Positions 1-11,394 of a stretch of 64,000 bases of DNA are shown here, piece by piece. The notes under the pieces are model-generated. The model worked only from the letters and a program-made list of their open reading frames with translations, was not told the DNA's origin and did no database searches. Source of the DNA: Escherichia coli (GTDB taxonomy: Bacteria; Pseudomonadota; Gammaproteobacteria; Enterobacterales; Enterobacteriaceae); assembly GCF_003790525.1 (NCBI RefSeq), contig NZ_CP033635.1; one strand, given 5' to 3'. Numbering within the stretch: the first letter of the stretch is position 1; each line of letters opens with the position of its first letter. Position numbers and translations under genes: made by a program.

Positions 1-1223
1 GCATAAACGGCGGCAACTCAGGTGTACGCGAAGGTAGCTGGGATCTGGGAGTAGAATGGTTCCCGATGCTCGAGAATCCTGTTAAAACGCAGATTTCCGT
101 CTTTACATGGACAGATGCCATCGACCATGGTACGGAAATGACCGCGACCCGTGATGGTGTTCGTGGAAAAGAAAAACTGGATGTCCCCATCAAGTTTTTA
201 TGGTGCTACGCCAGTAACACATTGATCAATCAACATGGCGACATCAATCACACCCATGAGGTGCTTCAGGATGACAGCAAGTGCGAGATGATTGTTGGCA
301 TTGACCACTTCATGACTGCCTCGGCTAAGTATTGCGATATCCTGTTGCCCGACCTGATGCCAACAGAGCAAGAAGACCTTATCTCTCACGAATCTGCCGG
401 GAATATGGGCTATGTGATCCTCGCCCAACCCGCAACCTCAGCAAAATTTGAACGCAAACCCATCTACTGGATTCTGAGTGAAGTTGCCAAACGCTTAGGA
501 CCAGACGTTTATCAAACCTTTACTGAAGGTCGCAGTCAGCATGAATGGATCAAATATCTCCATGCGAAAACGAAGGAACGTAACCCTGAGATGCCCGACT
601 ACGAGGAGATGAAAACGACCGGGATCTTTAAGAAAAAATGCCCGGAAGAACACTACGTCGCTTTCCGCGCATTCCGTGAAGATCCACAGGCAAACCCGTT
701 GAAAACACCTTCGGGGAAAATCGAAATTTATTCTGAACGACTGGCGACGATTGCGGATACCTGGGAATTGAAAAAAGATGAAATTATTCATCCCCTTCCT
801 GCATATACCCCAGGTTTTGATGGCTGGGACGATCCCCTGCGGAAAACCTATCCACTGCAGCTAACGGGCTTCCACTACAAAGCACGTACCCACTCCAGCT
901 ACGGCAATATTGATGTGTTACAGCAGGCCTGCCCACAAGAGGTGTGGATCAACCCCATTGATGCTCAGGCACGCGGTATCCGTCATGGCGATACCGTGCG
1001 GGTATTTAACACTAATGGAGAAATGCTGATTGCCGCAAAAGTGACTCCGCGTATTCTGCCTGGCGTTACCGCCATCGGGCAAGGTGCGTGGCTTAAAGCG
1101 GATATGTTTGGTGACCGGGTCGATCACGGCGGCAGTATCAATATTCTGACCTCTCACCGCCCTTCACCGCTGGCAAAGGGAAACCCGTCGCACAGCAATC
1201 TAGTCCAGATCGAAAAGGTTTAA
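1..1223 (+). CDS. ynfF: DMSO-reductase-family molybdopterin oxidoreductase catalytic subunit, 3' portion (gene starts upstream of window)
   Basis: Long ORF in frame running to stop at 1223; sits directly upstream of ynfG/ynfH/dmsD as in K-12 gene order; translation has DmsA-paralog character. Confidence 0.8.
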   Translation, partial: INGGNSGVREGSWDLGVEWFPMLENPVKTQISVFTWTDAIDHGTEMTATRDGVRGKEKLDVPIKFLWCYASNTLINQHGDINHTHEVLQDDSKCEMIVGIDHFMTASAKYCDILLPDLMPTEQEDLISHESAGNMGYVILAQPATSAKFERKPIYWILSEVAKRLGPDVYQTFTEGRSQHEWIKYLHAKTKERNPEMPDYEEMKTTGIFKKKCPEEHYVAFRAFREDPQANPLKTPSGKIEIYSERLATIADTWELKKDEIIHPLPAYTPGFDGWDDPLRKTYPLQLTGFHYKARTHSSYGNIDVLQQACPQEVWINPIDAQARGIRHGDTVRVFNTNGEMLIAAKVTPRILPGVTAIGQGAWLKADMFGDRVDHGGSINILTSHRPSPLAKGNPSHSNLVQIEKV

Positions 1224-1233
1224 GGAGTAGCCC

Positions 1234-1851
1234 ATGACCACACAATATGGATTTTTTATCGATTCCAGCCGCTGTACTGGCTGTAAAACCTGCGAACTGG
1301 CGTGCAAAGATTTTAAAGATCTTGGCCCGGAAGTCAGTTTCCGCCGTATTTATGAATATGCTGGCGGCGACTGGCAGGAAGATAATGGCGTCTGGCACCA
1401 GAACGTGTTCGCTTATTATCTCTCCATCTCCTGTAACCATTGCGATGACCCCGCATGTACAAAAGTCTGCCCCAGCGGCGCAATGCATAAGCGTGAAGAT
1501 GGCTTTGTGGTGGTTGATGAAGATGTTTGTATCGGCTGCCGCTACTGCCACATGGCTTGTCCGTACGGCGCACCACAGTACAATGCTGAAAAAGGGCACA
1601 TGACGAAGTGCGATGGTTGTTATTCGCGCGTCGCCGAGGGGAAACAACCCATATGTGTCGAATCCTGCCCGCTGCGTGCACTTGAATTCGGTCCAATTGA
1701 AGAGCTGCGCCAGAAGCACGGCACTCTGGCTGCCGTTGCGCCACTGCCGCGCGCGCATTTCACAAAACCCAATATCGTTATCAAACCTAACGCCAACAGC
1801 CGCCCGACCGGCGATACCACTGGTTATCTGGCTAATCCGGAGGAAGTGTAA
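1234..1851 (+). CDS. ynfG: DMSO reductase-type iron-sulfur subunit (DmsB paralog), 4Fe-4S ferredoxin cysteine clusters
   Basis: 205-aa ORF with repeated CxxCxxCxxxCP motifs; position in ynfEFGH-dmsD operon. Confidence 0.9.
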   Translation: MTTQYGFFIDSSRCTGCKTCELACKDFKDLGPEVSFRRIYEYAGGDWQEDNGVWHQNVFAYYLSISCNHCDDPACTKVCPSGAMHKREDGFVVVDEDVCIGCRYCHMACPYGAPQYNAEKGHMTKCDGCYSRVAEGKQPICVESCPLRALEFGPIEELRQKHGTLAAVAPLPRAHFTKPNIVIKPNANSRPTGDTTGYLANPEEV

Positions 1852-1852
1852 A

Positions 1853-2707
1853 ATGGGAAATGGATGGCATGAATGGCCACTGGTTATCTTTACCGTATTG
1901 GGTCAATGCGTAGTAGGCGCGCTGATTGTTAGCGGAATTGGCTGGTTCGCCGCCAAAAATGACGCAGACCGTCAGCGTATTGTCCGTGGCATGTTTTTCC
2001 TCTGGCTGTTGATGGGCATCGGGTTTATTGCCTCTGTCATGCACCTGGGGTCGCCACTGCGGGCGTTTAACTCGCTGAATCGAATCGGAGATTCTGGTCT
2101 GAGTAACGAGATTGCTGCCGGTTCCATATTTTTTGCCGTTGGCGGATTATGGTGGCTGGTGGCAGTCATCGGTAAAATGCCGCAAGCGTTGGGGAAACTC
2201 TGGTTACTTGTCAGCATGGCGCTCGGCGTCATTTTCGTCTGGATGATGACCTGCGTGTATCAAATCGACACAGTGCCAACCTGGCATAACGGTTACACTA
2301 CGCTGGCTTTCTTCCTGACAGTATTGTTGAGCGGTCCAATACTTGCTGCCGCAATTCTGCGGGCAGCCCGCGTTACATTTAATACCACACCATTTGCCAT
2401 CATTAGCGTTCTGGCGCTGATCGCTTGTGCCGGGGTGATTGTGCTGCAAGGTTTGTCTCTGGCGTCTATTCACTCATCCGTACAACAAGCCAGCGCACTG
2501 GTACCAGATTACGCCTCCTTACAGGTCTGGCGTGTGGTATTGTTATGCGCAGGTCTAGGATGCTGGCTTTGTCCGCTCATTCGTCGCCGTGAACCTCACG
2601 TTGCCGGACTTGTTCTGGGGTTAATCCTCATTCTTGGCGGTGAAATGATCGGGCGTGTGCTCTTTTATGGCCTGCACATGACGGTAGGAATGGCTATTGC
2701 AGGTTAA
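1853..2707 (+). CDS. ynfH: DMSO reductase-type membrane anchor subunit (DmsC paralog)
   Basis: ATG at 1853 (MGNGWHEW...), 284 aa, highly hydrophobic; starts 1 nt after the ynfG stop. Confidence 0.88.
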   Translation: MGNGWHEWPLVIFTVLGQCVVGALIVSGIGWFAAKNDADRQRIVRGMFFLWLLMGIGFIASVMHLGSPLRAFNSLNRIGDSGLSNEIAAGSIFFAVGGLWWLVAVIGKMPQALGKLWLLVSMALGVIFVWMMTCVYQIDTVPTWHNGYTTLAFFLTVLLSGPILAAAILRAARVTFNTTPFAIISVLALIACAGVIVLQGLSLASIHSSVQQASALVPDYASLQVWRVVLLCAGLGCWLCPLIRRREPHVAGLVLGLILILGGEMIGRVLFYGLHMTVGMAIAG

Positions 2708-2749
2708 CAAATTGGTGCGGGGCAACCCGCACATTTCAGGATGTTAGGA

Positions 2750-3364
2750 ATGACCCATTTTTCACAGCAAGATAATTTTTCTGTTGCGGCGCGCGTGTTG
2801 GGCGCGCTGTTTTATTACGCTCCAGAGAGTGCGGAAGCCGCCCCCCTGGTTGCGGCACTCACCCGTGACGGCTGGGAAACTCAGTGGCCTCTACCAGAAG
2901 AGTCATTAGCGCCGCTGGTGACTGCTTTTCAGACACAGAGTGAAGAGACTCACGCCCAGGCTTGGCAGCGTTTGTTTGTCGGCCCGTGGGCACTGCCGTC
3001 ACCGCCGTGGGGATCGGTCTGGCTGGATCGCGAATCTGTGCTGTTTGGCGATTCAACATTGGCACTTCGTCAGTGGATGCGCGAGAAAGGCATTCAGTTT
3101 GAAATGCAGCAAAACGAACCGGAAGATCATTTTGGTTCACTGCTGTTGATGGCTGCGTGGTTGGCGGAGAATGGTCGCCAGACAGAATGCGAAGAATTGC
3201 TGGCATGGCACCTTTTTCCGTGGTCAACACGTTTTCTTGACGTTTTTATCGAAAAAGCAGAACACCCTTTCTACTGTGCACTGGGTGAACTGGCTCGCTT
3301 AACGCTGGCGCAATGGCAATCACAACTGTTGATTCCTGTCGCGGTTAAACCACTCTTTCGATAG
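2750..3364 (+). CDS. dmsD: Tat proofreading chaperone DmsD
   Basis: 204-aa ORF from MTHFSQQDNFSV..., matching recalled DmsD N-terminus; operon position. Confidence 0.9.
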   Translation: MTHFSQQDNFSVAARVLGALFYYAPESAEAAPLVAALTRDGWETQWPLPEESLAPLVTAFQTQSEETHAQAWQRLFVGPWALPSPPWGSVWLDRESVLFGDSTLALRQWMREKGIQFEMQQNEPEDHFGSLLLMAAWLAENGRQTECEELLAWHLFPWSTRFLDVFIEKAEHPFYCALGELARLTLAQWQSQLLIPVAVKPLFR

Positions 3365-3558
3365 GATCACCGTAATATTGCCGGATGGTGACGATTACGC
3401 GCGATTCGGCAATAATACGTTACAGTGTCACGTTTTTTTATCTCTTAAAGCACGCACTGCTTTTGCGGCTGGCCTCTTTTGCCGCAAAATAGTCGCCCGT
3501 GTTTCATTGCCCATTTCTGCTCATGCATCATCTACACATCTATCCGGATCTGAGCACT

Positions 3559-4815
3559 ATGTTCCGCCGTCTGCTTATCGCAACAGTCGTCGGTATTCTT
3601 GCGGCCTTTGCCGTTGCCGGGTTTCGTCATGCAATGCTGCTACTGGAGTGGTTGTTCCTCAATAATGACTCCGGCAGTCTGGTCAATGCAGCGACAAATC
3701 TTTCCCCATGGCGACGGTTGCTAACTCCGGCGCTCGGCGGACTGGCGGCGGGTTTGTTGCTGATGGGCTGGCAGAAATTTACCCAGCAACGCCCTCATGC
3801 GCCGACCGATTACATGGAAGCGTTGCAAACCGATGGTCAGTTCGATTACGCAGCAAGCCTGGTTAAATCGCTTGCCTCTCTGCTGGTAGTAACCAGCGGC
3901 AGTGCAATTGGTCGCGAAGGTGCGATGATTCTTTTAGCTGCCCTTGCCGCCTCCTGTTTTGCCCAACGTTTTACGCCACGCCAGGAGTGGAAATTATGGA
4001 TCGCCTGTGGAGCTGCGGCGGGAATGGCTGCGGCCTATCGAGCCCCGCTTGCTGGCAGTTTATTTATAGCCGAAGTGCTGTTTGGCACTATGATGTTGGC
4101 CTCTCTCGGCCCGGTGATTATTTCCGCCGTCGTGGCGTTGCTGGTTAGCAATCTGATTAATCATAGCGACGCGTTACTCTACAGCGTACAACTCTCAGTG
4201 ACGGTTCAGGCTCGTGACTATGCGCTGATTATCAGTACAGGTGTGCTGGCAGGTCTGTGCGGACCACTGTTGTTAACGTTAATGAACGCCTGTCATCGTG
4301 GATTTGTAAGTCTCAAACTTGCGCCGCCCTGGCAACTGGCACTGGGCGGGTTGATCGTGGGTCTGCTTTCCCTGTTCACACCTGCAGTGTGGGGCAACGG
4401 CTATAGCACCGTACAATCCTTTTTAACCGCCCCGCCACTGTTAATGATCATTGCCGGGATCTTCCTCTGTAAACTGTTTGCCGTGCTGGCGAGTAGTGGT
4501 TCTGGCGCGCCCGGTGGTGTCTTTACACCGACGCTATTTATCGGTCTTGCCATTGGCATGTTGTATGGTCGTAGCCTGGGATTATGGTTCCCTGATGGCG
4601 AAGAAATTACGCTTTTACTCGGATTGACCGGGATGGCGACACTATTGGCGGCAACCACGCACGCGCCGATTATGTCGACGTTGATGATATGTGAAATGAC
4701 CGGGGAGTATCAGCTACTCCCCGGTTTATTGATTGCCTGCGTAATTGCGTCGGTAATTTCGCGGACGTTACACCGTGACTCTATCTACCGCCAGCACACT
4801 GCGAAGCATAGCTAA
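3559..4815 (+). CDS. clcB: ClC-type voltage-gated chloride channel/H+-Cl- antiporter
   Basis: 418-aa polytopic membrane protein from [15 protein letters not shown]...; start chosen at the internal ATG consistent with K-12 ClcB. Confidence 0.85.
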   Translation: MFRRLLIATVVGILAAFAVAGFRHAMLLLEWLFLNNDSGSLVNAATNLSPWRRLLTPALGGLAAGLLLMGWQKFTQQRPHAPTDYMEALQTDGQFDYAASLVKSLASLLVVTSGSAIGREGAMILLAALAASCFAQRFTPRQEWKLWIACGAAAGMAAAYRAPLAGSLFIAEVLFGTMMLASLGPVIISAVVALLVSNLINHSDALLYSVQLSVTVQARDYALIISTGVLAGLCGPLLLTLMNACHRGFVSLKLAPPWQLALGGLIVGLLSLFTPAVWGNGYSTVQSFLTAPPLLMIIAGIFLCKLFAVLASSGSGAPGGVFTPTLFIGLAIGMLYGRSLGLWFPDGEEITLLLGLTGMATLLAATTHAPIMSTLMICEMTGEYQLLPGLLIACVIASVISRTLHRDSIYRQHTAKHS

Positions 4816-5463
4816 GCGGATGTATTGCCCCAGTTCACGCTGTTCGGCGCGCGGCAGATAAGGCAGTTCACCAATGAGCGGTGCCGGAAGTTTTTTACCG
4901 AGCACATCAATGATTTCCGCATAATGCGCAAGTCCTGGGTTGATTCGGTTAGCCACCCAGCCAATGAGCGGCAGCCCGTCGTTGGCAATCGCCTGAGCTG
5001 TTAGCAGTGCATGGTTAATGCAACCTTCCTGAATACCGACAACCATCAACACCGGCAGTTGTTCCTGCACCACCCATTCAGAGAGCGGACGCAAATCATT
5101 CATCAGACTGCGCCAGCCGCCAGTCCCTTCTACCACGACATGATCGACTTTATCGGTCAGGTTTGCCAGGCCGTTTGAAATGAGGGTGTAATTGATTGGG
5201 CAACTGTGCGCCACGCTACTTTCTTCTTCGCTTAACGCGATAGGATTAACTGCTTCATAAGGCAGTTCGATGGTTGAAACACTCTGCAACACCAGGGCAT
5301 CTTTATTACGCAGCCCTTCGGGTGTCTCTTTGCTCCCCTTCGCTACGGGTTTATATCCCGCAACCGTTTTTCCCTGGGAGGCTAACGCTTGTAGCAATGC
5401 GCGGGAAACCACCGTTTTCCCTACAGAAGTGTCTGTACCGGTAATAAAGAAACGCTTCAGCAT
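4768..5463 (-). CDS. ynfK: dethiobiotin synthetase paralog (BioD2)
   Basis: 231 aa from [17 protein letters not shown] (P-loop); 3' end overlaps clcB 3' end by 48 bp (convergent). Confidence 0.88.
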   Translation of the reverse strand: MLKRFFITGTDTSVGKTVVSRALLQALASQGKTVAGYKPVAKGSKETPEGLRNKDALVLQSVSTIELPYEAVNPIALSEEESSVAHSCPINYTLISNGLANLTDKVDHVVVEGTGGWRSLMNDLRPLSEWVVQEQLPVLMVVGIQEGCINHALLTAQAIANDGLPLIGWVANRINPGLAHYAEIIDVLGKKLPAPLIGELPYLPRAEQRELGQYIRLAMLRSVLAVDRVTV

Positions 5464-5587
5464 CACTAACTCCACCGTTATGCTTCACAAATATAAACCA
5501 GGAAAATAATTAACCTTGAAAGTCTAAGTTATGCTTTCCTGGCCCAAATTGAGATAGCGCAAATTTTGGTAGAACAGTTAAAAAATG

Positions 5588-6808
5588 TTAACCCTGCAAC
5601 AGACGAATCAACAAAGAACCGTTATACATCGCGTCTTTTACTAGCGCAGCCCCTGCCATCGTACCCTGGTTAGAAAATTGAGTACTCTCAACGCTAATGT
5701 GCTGACTATACGCAGGAAGGGCCTGCTGACGGATGCTGTCCGAGATGACCGGGAAGAGGATATCTGCCGCTTTACTTAACGGTGAGCCAATCAGTATTTT
5801 TTGTGGGTTAAATAAATTCACCATGATGGCAAGAATGCGCCCGACATGCGCGCCCACCCCGGTAATGATGTCTTTTGCCAGTAGATCGCCGCGCAATGCC
5901 GCCTGACACAATGAGTCCACGGTTAACGGCTGTCCATGTAACATCGAGCTCATGGATTGATTGAGACGCAGCTGTGCCAGCTCAAGAATACTGTCCACAC
6001 TGGCGATGGTTTCGAGGCAGCCGTGATTCCCGCAATAACAGCGTTTCCCATACGGGTCGACCTGCGTGTGACCTATTTCCACGAGGCTACTGCTGCCGGC
6101 GTGTAGCAGATGACCATCGGTAATGACGCCCGCCCCCACGTTGTGATCGATAACCACCTGAATCACATCGCGCGCCCCGCGTGAGGCACCAAACAAGGCC
6201 TCTGCCATCGTCCATGCGCTGATATCATGCTGGATATAAACCGGTACGCCGGTATGCTGCTCCAGCGCCTCGCCGAGCGGCATCTCTTTTACATCCTCGT
6301 AGAACGGCATGCGATGTACAATGCCATTTTCCGTATCAATAATTCCCGGCAAGGTTATGGCAATCGAAGTTAGACGCTCAAGTTTTTTCTGGTGGCGGAT
6401 AAAAAACTGATCGATATGGGAAATGATACGATCCAGCAATGGTGAGTCATCTTTTAACGCCAGTTCCTGCGCCTCCTCCACCACCAGTTTGCTGCTCAGA
6501 TCGCGCAGAGCAAGGAAAATCTCCCCGCGACTAATGCGCAGAGAAAGATAGTGCCAGGCTTCAGTTTCAACCACCAGCCCCACCGCCGGACGGCCACGGT
6601 TCCCCGCTTCTTTGATTTCCAGCTCTTGCACCAGGTGTGCTTCGAGCATCTCACGGACAATTTTAGTGATACTGGCAGGAGCCAGTTGCGCCAGACGGGA
6701 AAGATCGATACGCGAGACTGGACCAAGCTGATCAATCAGGCGATATACCGCGCCCGCGTTGGTCTGCTTTATTTGATCAATGTGCCCAGGCTGGTTTTCA
6801 GCAACCAC
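5588..6808 (-). CDS. mlc: ROK-family global repressor Mlc (DgsA)
   Basis: 406-aa ORF, GTG start, N-terminal HTH plus ROK sugar-kinase-like fold with Cys/His zinc motif (CYCGNHGC). Confidence 0.9.
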   Translation of the reverse strand: MVAENQPGHIDQIKQTNAGAVYRLIDQLGPVSRIDLSRLAQLAPASITKIVREMLEAHLVQELEIKEAGNRGRPAVGLVVETEAWHYLSLRISRGEIFLALRDLSSKLVVEEAQELALKDDSPLLDRIISHIDQFFIRHQKKLERLTSIAITLPGIIDTENGIVHRMPFYEDVKEMPLGEALEQHTGVPVYIQHDISAWTMAEALFGASRGARDVIQVVIDHNVGAGVITDGHLLHAGSSSLVEIGHTQVDPYGKRCYCGNHGCLETIASVDSILELAQLRLNQSMSSMLHGQPLTVDSLCQAALRGDLLAKDIITGVGAHVGRILAIMVNLFNPQKILIGSPLSKAADILFPVISDSIRQQALPAYSQHISVESTQFSNQGTMAGAALVKDAMYNGSLLIRLLQG

Positions 6809-6942
6809 CGCATACTCCCTATATTTTCGCGCTCCGAAATAATCTGTAGGCTATGGTGAAGCACTTCAATACGTGTCGTCAAATTTTTACTTAGGCATGT
6901 GATTAACAGCACATTTTTCGGGCTTTTTCGCTGAAATTTCCC

Positions 6943-7836
6943 TCACCTGAGAGCATTCAGCAGATGAATACGAAAGTTTCGCGCAGCTGGACTTTGTTCA
7001 TGATGTTTCGGCCAGACCAACCACATTTCAGAAACCGCATCCTCTTCAGCAATCGGCACCCAGCGCATTTCGTTGAGCTGAACACGTTTAAATGACGCAG
7101 GCAAAATTGAAACGCCCAGACCAGCGGAAACCAGACCGATGATGGTCATTGCCTCACCCACCTCCTGAGTGATGACGGGCGTCAAATGGTAACGTCGCAT
7201 CAGTCCGAGAATATCGTCATACAGCCCTGTCCCGACGTGCGGATCAAAAAAGACAAAGGGTTCTTTCGCCAGTTCAGCCAGCGTTACACTCGGGTTATTT
7301 GCCAGGGGATGATCGTGCGGGATCATCGCCATAAGCGGTTCATGGACGATGACTGCGTGTTCAAGCGTCTCCGGTAACGCTGTGTTACGCAGCAATCCCA
7401 TATCCAGCGTTCCTTCAATGAGCGGAGCGATTTGCTCGCGAGTGTTCATTTCGCGGGTTTGTAAATGGACATCGGGATAATCACGGCGAAACAGCGATAA
7501 CGTATCAGACACCGCCCGAATAAAAGGAGCGGACGAAGTAAAACCAATACGCAACTCCCCCGCTTCACCCTGATGCAGTCTTTCAGCGCGAGCGGCAGCG
7601 TCATCCACCATAGACAGGATTTGCCGACTATCTGCAAGAAACTGTTTTCCTGCTGCCGTCAGAAATACACTGCGATTGGTTCGTGCCAGCAGTCGGGCAC
7701 CAATTTGTTGCTCCAGCGCCTGAATCTGCTGGCTTAGCGGCGGTTGCGAAATATTCAGGCGGGCAGCGGCGCGCCCGAAATGCAGCTCTTCTGCAACCGC
7801 AACAAAGTAACGCAGATGACGAAGTTCAATATTCAT
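6943..7836 (-). CDS. ynfL: LysR-family transcriptional regulator
   Basis: 297 aa, N-terminal LysR HTH (MNIELRHLRYFVAVAEELHFGRAA...); divergent from ynfM. Confidence 0.85.
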   Translation of the reverse strand: MNIELRHLRYFVAVAEELHFGRAAARLNISQPPLSQQIQALEQQIGARLLARTNRSVFLTAAGKQFLADSRQILSMVDDAAARAERLHQGEAGELRIGFTSSAPFIRAVSDTLSLFRRDYPDVHLQTREMNTREQIAPLIEGTLDMGLLRNTALPETLEHAVIVHEPLMAMIPHDHPLANNPSVTLAELAKEPFVFFDPHVGTGLYDDILGLMRRYHLTPVITQEVGEAMTIIGLVSAGLGVSILPASFKRVQLNEMRWVPIAEEDAVSEMWLVWPKHHEQSPAARNFRIHLLNALR

Positions 7837-7942
7837 ATTTAAAACATCTTATTTGAGATTATTAATATATTAGACAGAACAATTCGATTTTCCTAATCTA
7901 TCCATAAGCCTGATCCACAGGCATATTTAGCAAGGATTTCAA

Positions 7943-9196
7943 GTGAGCCGTACTACAACTGTTGATGGCGCTCCGGCAAGCGACACTGACAAGCAAAGCA
8001 TTTCTCAGCCAAATCAATTTATTAAACGCGGTACGCCGCAATTTATGCGCGTCACCCTGGCGCTGTTCTCTGCCGGACTGGCAACCTTCGCACTTCTCTA
8101 TTGTGTGCAACCTATCCTTCCGGTGCTTTCGCAGGAGTTTGGCTTAACGCCCGCGAACAGTAGTATTTCACTGTCCATTTCCACGGCGATGTTGGCTATC
8201 GGTTTGCTGTTTACTGGCCCGTTATCCGATGCCATTGGTCGCAAACCAGTGATGGTCACGGCGCTACTGTTGGCCTCCATTTGTACGTTACTTTCGACAA
8301 TGATGACCAGCTGGCACGGCATTTTGATTATGCGCGCCTTGATTGGGCTTTCGTTAAGTGGCGTAGCAGCTGTTGGCATGACTTATCTTAGCGAGGAAAT
8401 CCACCCCAGTTTCGTGGCCTTTTCGATGGGGTTGTATATCAGCGGCAACTCAATTGGCGGCATGAGCGGACGCTTAATTAGCGGTGTCTTCACGGACTTT
8501 TTCAACTGGCGAATTGCGCTGGCGGCAATCGGTTGTGTCGCGCTGGCCTCGGCGTTAATGTTCTGGAAAATCCTCCCTGAATCACGCCATTTTCGCCCGA
8601 CTTCGCTGCGACCTAAGACGTTGTTTATCAACTTTCGTCTGCACTGGCGTGACCGGGGATTACCGTTATTGTTCGCAGAAGGCTTTTTGCTGATGGGGTC
8701 GTTCGTCACGCTGTTTAATTACATCGGCTATCGGTTGATGCTCTCCCCCTGGCATGTCAGTCAGGCTGTGGTTGGCTTATTATCGCTGGCCTATTTGACC
8801 GGTACATGGAGCTCACCCAAAGCCGGAACCATGACCACCCGCTATGGGCGCGGTCCGGTGATGTTGTTTTCGACGGGGGTTATGCTGTTTGGTTTACTGA
8901 TGACCTTATTCAGCTCGCTGTGGCTGATCTTTGCCGGAATGTTACTCTTCTCAGCCGGATTCTTCGCAGCCCACTCCGTTGCCAGCAGCTGGATCGGCCC
9001 CCGCGCAAAACGCGCTAAAGGCCAGGCCTCCTCGCTGTATCTGTTCAGTTACTATCTGGGGTCGAGTATTGCCGGGACGCTGGGTGGTGTTTTCTGGCAT
9101 AACTATGGCTGGAACGGCGTCGGCGCATTTATTGCTCTGATGCTGGTCATTGCTCTGCTGGTCGGGACGCGTTTGCATCATCGTCTGCACGCCTGA
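7943..9196 (+). CDS. ynfM: MFS transporter
   Basis: 417 aa, about 12 predicted TM segments; divergent from ynfL. Confidence 0.85.
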   Translation: MSRTTTVDGAPASDTDKQSISQPNQFIKRGTPQFMRVTLALFSAGLATFALLYCVQPILPVLSQEFGLTPANSSISLSISTAMLAIGLLFTGPLSDAIGRKPVMVTALLLASICTLLSTMMTSWHGILIMRALIGLSLSGVAAVGMTYLSEEIHPSFVAFSMGLYISGNSIGGMSGRLISGVFTDFFNWRIALAAIGCVALASALMFWKILPESRHFRPTSLRPKTLFINFRLHWRDRGLPLLFAEGFLLMGSFVTLFNYIGYRLMLSPWHVSQAVVGLLSLAYLTGTWSSPKAGTMTTRYGRGPVMLFSTGVMLFGLLMTLFSSLWLIFAGMLLFSAGFFAAHSVASSWIGPRAKRAKGQASSLYLFSYYLGSSIAGTLGGVFWHNYGWNGVGAFIALMLVIALLVGTRLHHRLHA

Positions 9197-9620
9197 AAAA
9201 ATAAGTCCGGACTGAGGTAAATACCCGTCCGGACTTATTGCCTGCTCAAACCAACGTTAATAGCCATCCTAAAATAGACGAAGCGCCAGCCAATTCCCGC
9301 AGCGCATCTAGCGTCATCAGGATTATAAGTACCCAAATAAACGGATTCATTTTGCTGTGTGTCATTTATTACTGATGCGCAGTTATTCTACCGCTTTGTG
9401 GGTAGTAAAATAGTTAACCCGATCAAGACTACTATTATTGGTAGCTAAATTTCCCTTAAGTCACAATACGTTATTATCAACGCTGTAATTTATTCAGCGT
9501 TTGTACATATCGTTACACGCTGAAACCAACCACTCACGGAAGTCTGCCATTCCCAGGGATATAGTTATTTCAACGGCCCCGCAGTGGGGTTAAATGAAAA
9601 AACAAATTGAGGGTATGACA

Positions 9621-9929
9621 ATGAAAAAAGTATTAGCTCTGGTTGTTGCCGCTGCTATGGGTCTGTCTTCTGCCGCCTTTGCTGCAGAAACTGCGACCAC
9701 ACCTGCTCCGACTGCGACGACCACCAAAGCAGCGCCGGCGAAAACTACACATCATAAAAAACAGCATAAAGCAGCACCTGCCCAGAAAGCGCAGGCGGCT
9801 AAAAAGCATCATAAAAATGCGAAAGCTGAACAGAAAGCTCCTGAACAAAAAGCGCAGGCAGCGAAGAAACACGCCAAGAAACACAGCCATCAGCAACCGG
9901 CAAAACCTGCTGCACAACCCGCAGCGTAA
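9621..9929 (+). CDS. asr: acid shock protein Asr (periplasmic, Lys/Ala/His-rich, signal peptide)
   Basis: 102 aa from [21 protein letters not shown]..., low-complexity [14 protein letters not shown] repeats. Confidence 0.9.
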   Translation: MKKVLALVVAAAMGLSSAAFAAETATTPAPTATTTKAAPAKTTHHKKQHKAAPAQKAQAAKKHHKNAKAEQKAPEQKAQAAKKHAKKHSHQQPAKPAAQPAA

Positions 9930-10021
9930 GTTTTCAACAGTAATGCTGGCGCGCCCCCTCGCGCCTGAAAATTACGGTGCTAAGCGGTTAACGTTTAGCA
10001 CCGCCTTTAGCGGAGGGTAGT

Positions 10022-10105
10022 ATGGTGGGCCGTTATCGCTTTGAGTTCATTCTTATCATCCTTATTTTATGCGCACTGATTGCCGCCCGTTTTTATCTTT
10101 CCTGA
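10022..10105 (+). CDS. ydgU: small hydrophobic protein (27 aa)
   Basis: ATG at 10022, 27 codons (MVGRYRFEFILIILILCALIAARFYLS); position between asr and ydgD as in K-12. Too short for the ORF track. Confidence 0.5.
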   Translation: MVGRYRFEFILIILILCALIAARFYLS

Positions 10106-10204
10106 TCGTAGTTATCTGATTTTACTCCCACTTTCATCCCGTCCCGTCTATAGTATTTATGAGGGTTTGCTTTTAATAATCATAATTACCCACCAGAGTG
10201 TGAT

Positions 10205-11026
10205 ATGCGTACAACCATTGCTGTAGTGTTGGGTGCAATTAGTTTGACGTCTGCTTTTGTGTTTGCAGATAAACCAGACGTTGCCAAATCGGCAAACGAT
10301 GAGGTCAGCACCCTGTTTTTTGGTCATGATGATCGTGTGCCAGTAAATGACACGACCCAATCACCGTGGGATGCGGTTGGGCAACTGGAAACGGCCAGCG
10401 GCAATTTATGTACGGCTACGCTGATTGCACCCAATCTGGCATTAACGGCAGGACACTGTTTATTGACGCCGCCAAAGGGTAAAGCCGATAAAGCGGTAGC
10501 GCTGCGTTTCGTGTCAAATAAAGGTCTTTGGCGCTATGAGATCCACGACATAGAAGGCCGCGTTGACCCGACACTAGGAAAGCGGTTAAAAGCAGATGGG
10601 GATGGCTGGATTGTACCTCCCGCAGCTGCGCCGTGGGACTTCGGTTTGATTGTGCTACGTAATCCCCCTTCTGGCATTACACCGTTGCCGTTATTTGAGG
10701 GAGATAAAGCCGCGCTTACCGCCGCATTAAAAGCAGCTGGTCGTAAAGTGACTCAGGCGGGCTACCCTGAAGATCATCTCGATACGTTGTACAGTCATCA
10801 AAACTGTGAAGTGACTGGCTGGGCGCAAACGTCGGTGATGTCGCATCAGTGCGATACCTTGCCGGGAGACAGCGGTTCGCCTCTGATGTTGCATACCGAT
10901 GACGGCTGGCAATTAATTGGGGTACAAAGCTCGGCTCCTGCCGCGAAAGATCGCTGGCGCGCCGATAACCGGGCCATTTCTGTTACCGGTATTCGCGACA
11001 AGCTGGATCAACTGTCGCAAAAATAA
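10205..11026 (+). CDS. ydgD: secreted trypsin-like serine protease family protein
   Basis: 273 aa with signal peptide, TAGHC and GDSGSP serine-protease motifs. Confidence 0.85.
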   Translation: MRTTIAVVLGAISLTSAFVFADKPDVAKSANDEVSTLFFGHDDRVPVNDTTQSPWDAVGQLETASGNLCTATLIAPNLALTAGHCLLTPPKGKADKAVALRFVSNKGLWRYEIHDIEGRVDPTLGKRLKADGDGWIVPPAAAPWDFGLIVLRNPPSGITPLPLFEGDKAALTAALKAAGRKVTQAGYPEDHLDTLYSHQNCEVTGWAQTSVMSHQCDTLPGDSGSPLMLHTDDGWQLIGVQSSAPAAKDRWRADNRAISVTGIRDKLDQLSQK

Positions 11027-11064
11027 TGTTCAAACGCTGCCCGACAGTGCGGGCAGCGTGTTCA

Positions 11065-11394
11065 TCAGGCAAGTTTCACCATGATCATTCCAGCCAACAG
11101 CAAGACCAGGCCAATCCAGCCTTTACGATTTAACCGTTGACCAAACAAGATCCAACCTGCGGCTAACGTGGCGGCAATACCAAACCCGCCCCACAATGCA
11201 TAAGCGACAGACAAGTCGATCCCTTTAACGGCCTGAGAAAGCGCACTAAAGGCAGCCAGCACCGCCGCCAGGGAGAGCAAGCCAAATATTTTGCGACGAA
11301 AGCCGTCAGAAAATTTCAAAAAGACGTTAGCAACGATTTCCAGCACGATTGCCAATGCCAGCCAGGCGGCGTGAACCCATTCAAACTGCGCCAT
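11065..11394 (-). CDS. mdtI: SMR-family spermidine export protein subunit MdtI
   Basis: 109 aa, 4-TM small multidrug resistance fold; overlaps mdtJ 3' end. Confidence 0.88.

Noticed and set aside
1138-1758. 206-aa and 136-aa minus-strand ORFs antisense to ynfF/ynfG
   Set aside because: They lie entirely within well-supported sense genes of the DMSO-reductase paralog operon and have no independent support.
9200-9240. Terminator after ynfM (hairpin ataagtccggac...gtccggacttat)
   Set aside because: It is a strong inverted repeat but lacks a following T-run on the relevant strand, so I did not call a rho-independent terminator. It may be a protein-binding or REP-like palindrome.
9633-10020. Alternate-frame ORFs over asr (94 aa on minus, 125 aa on plus)
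   Set aside because: They are produced by the low-complexity Lys/Ala-rich asr coding repeats; asr in its own frame is the real gene.
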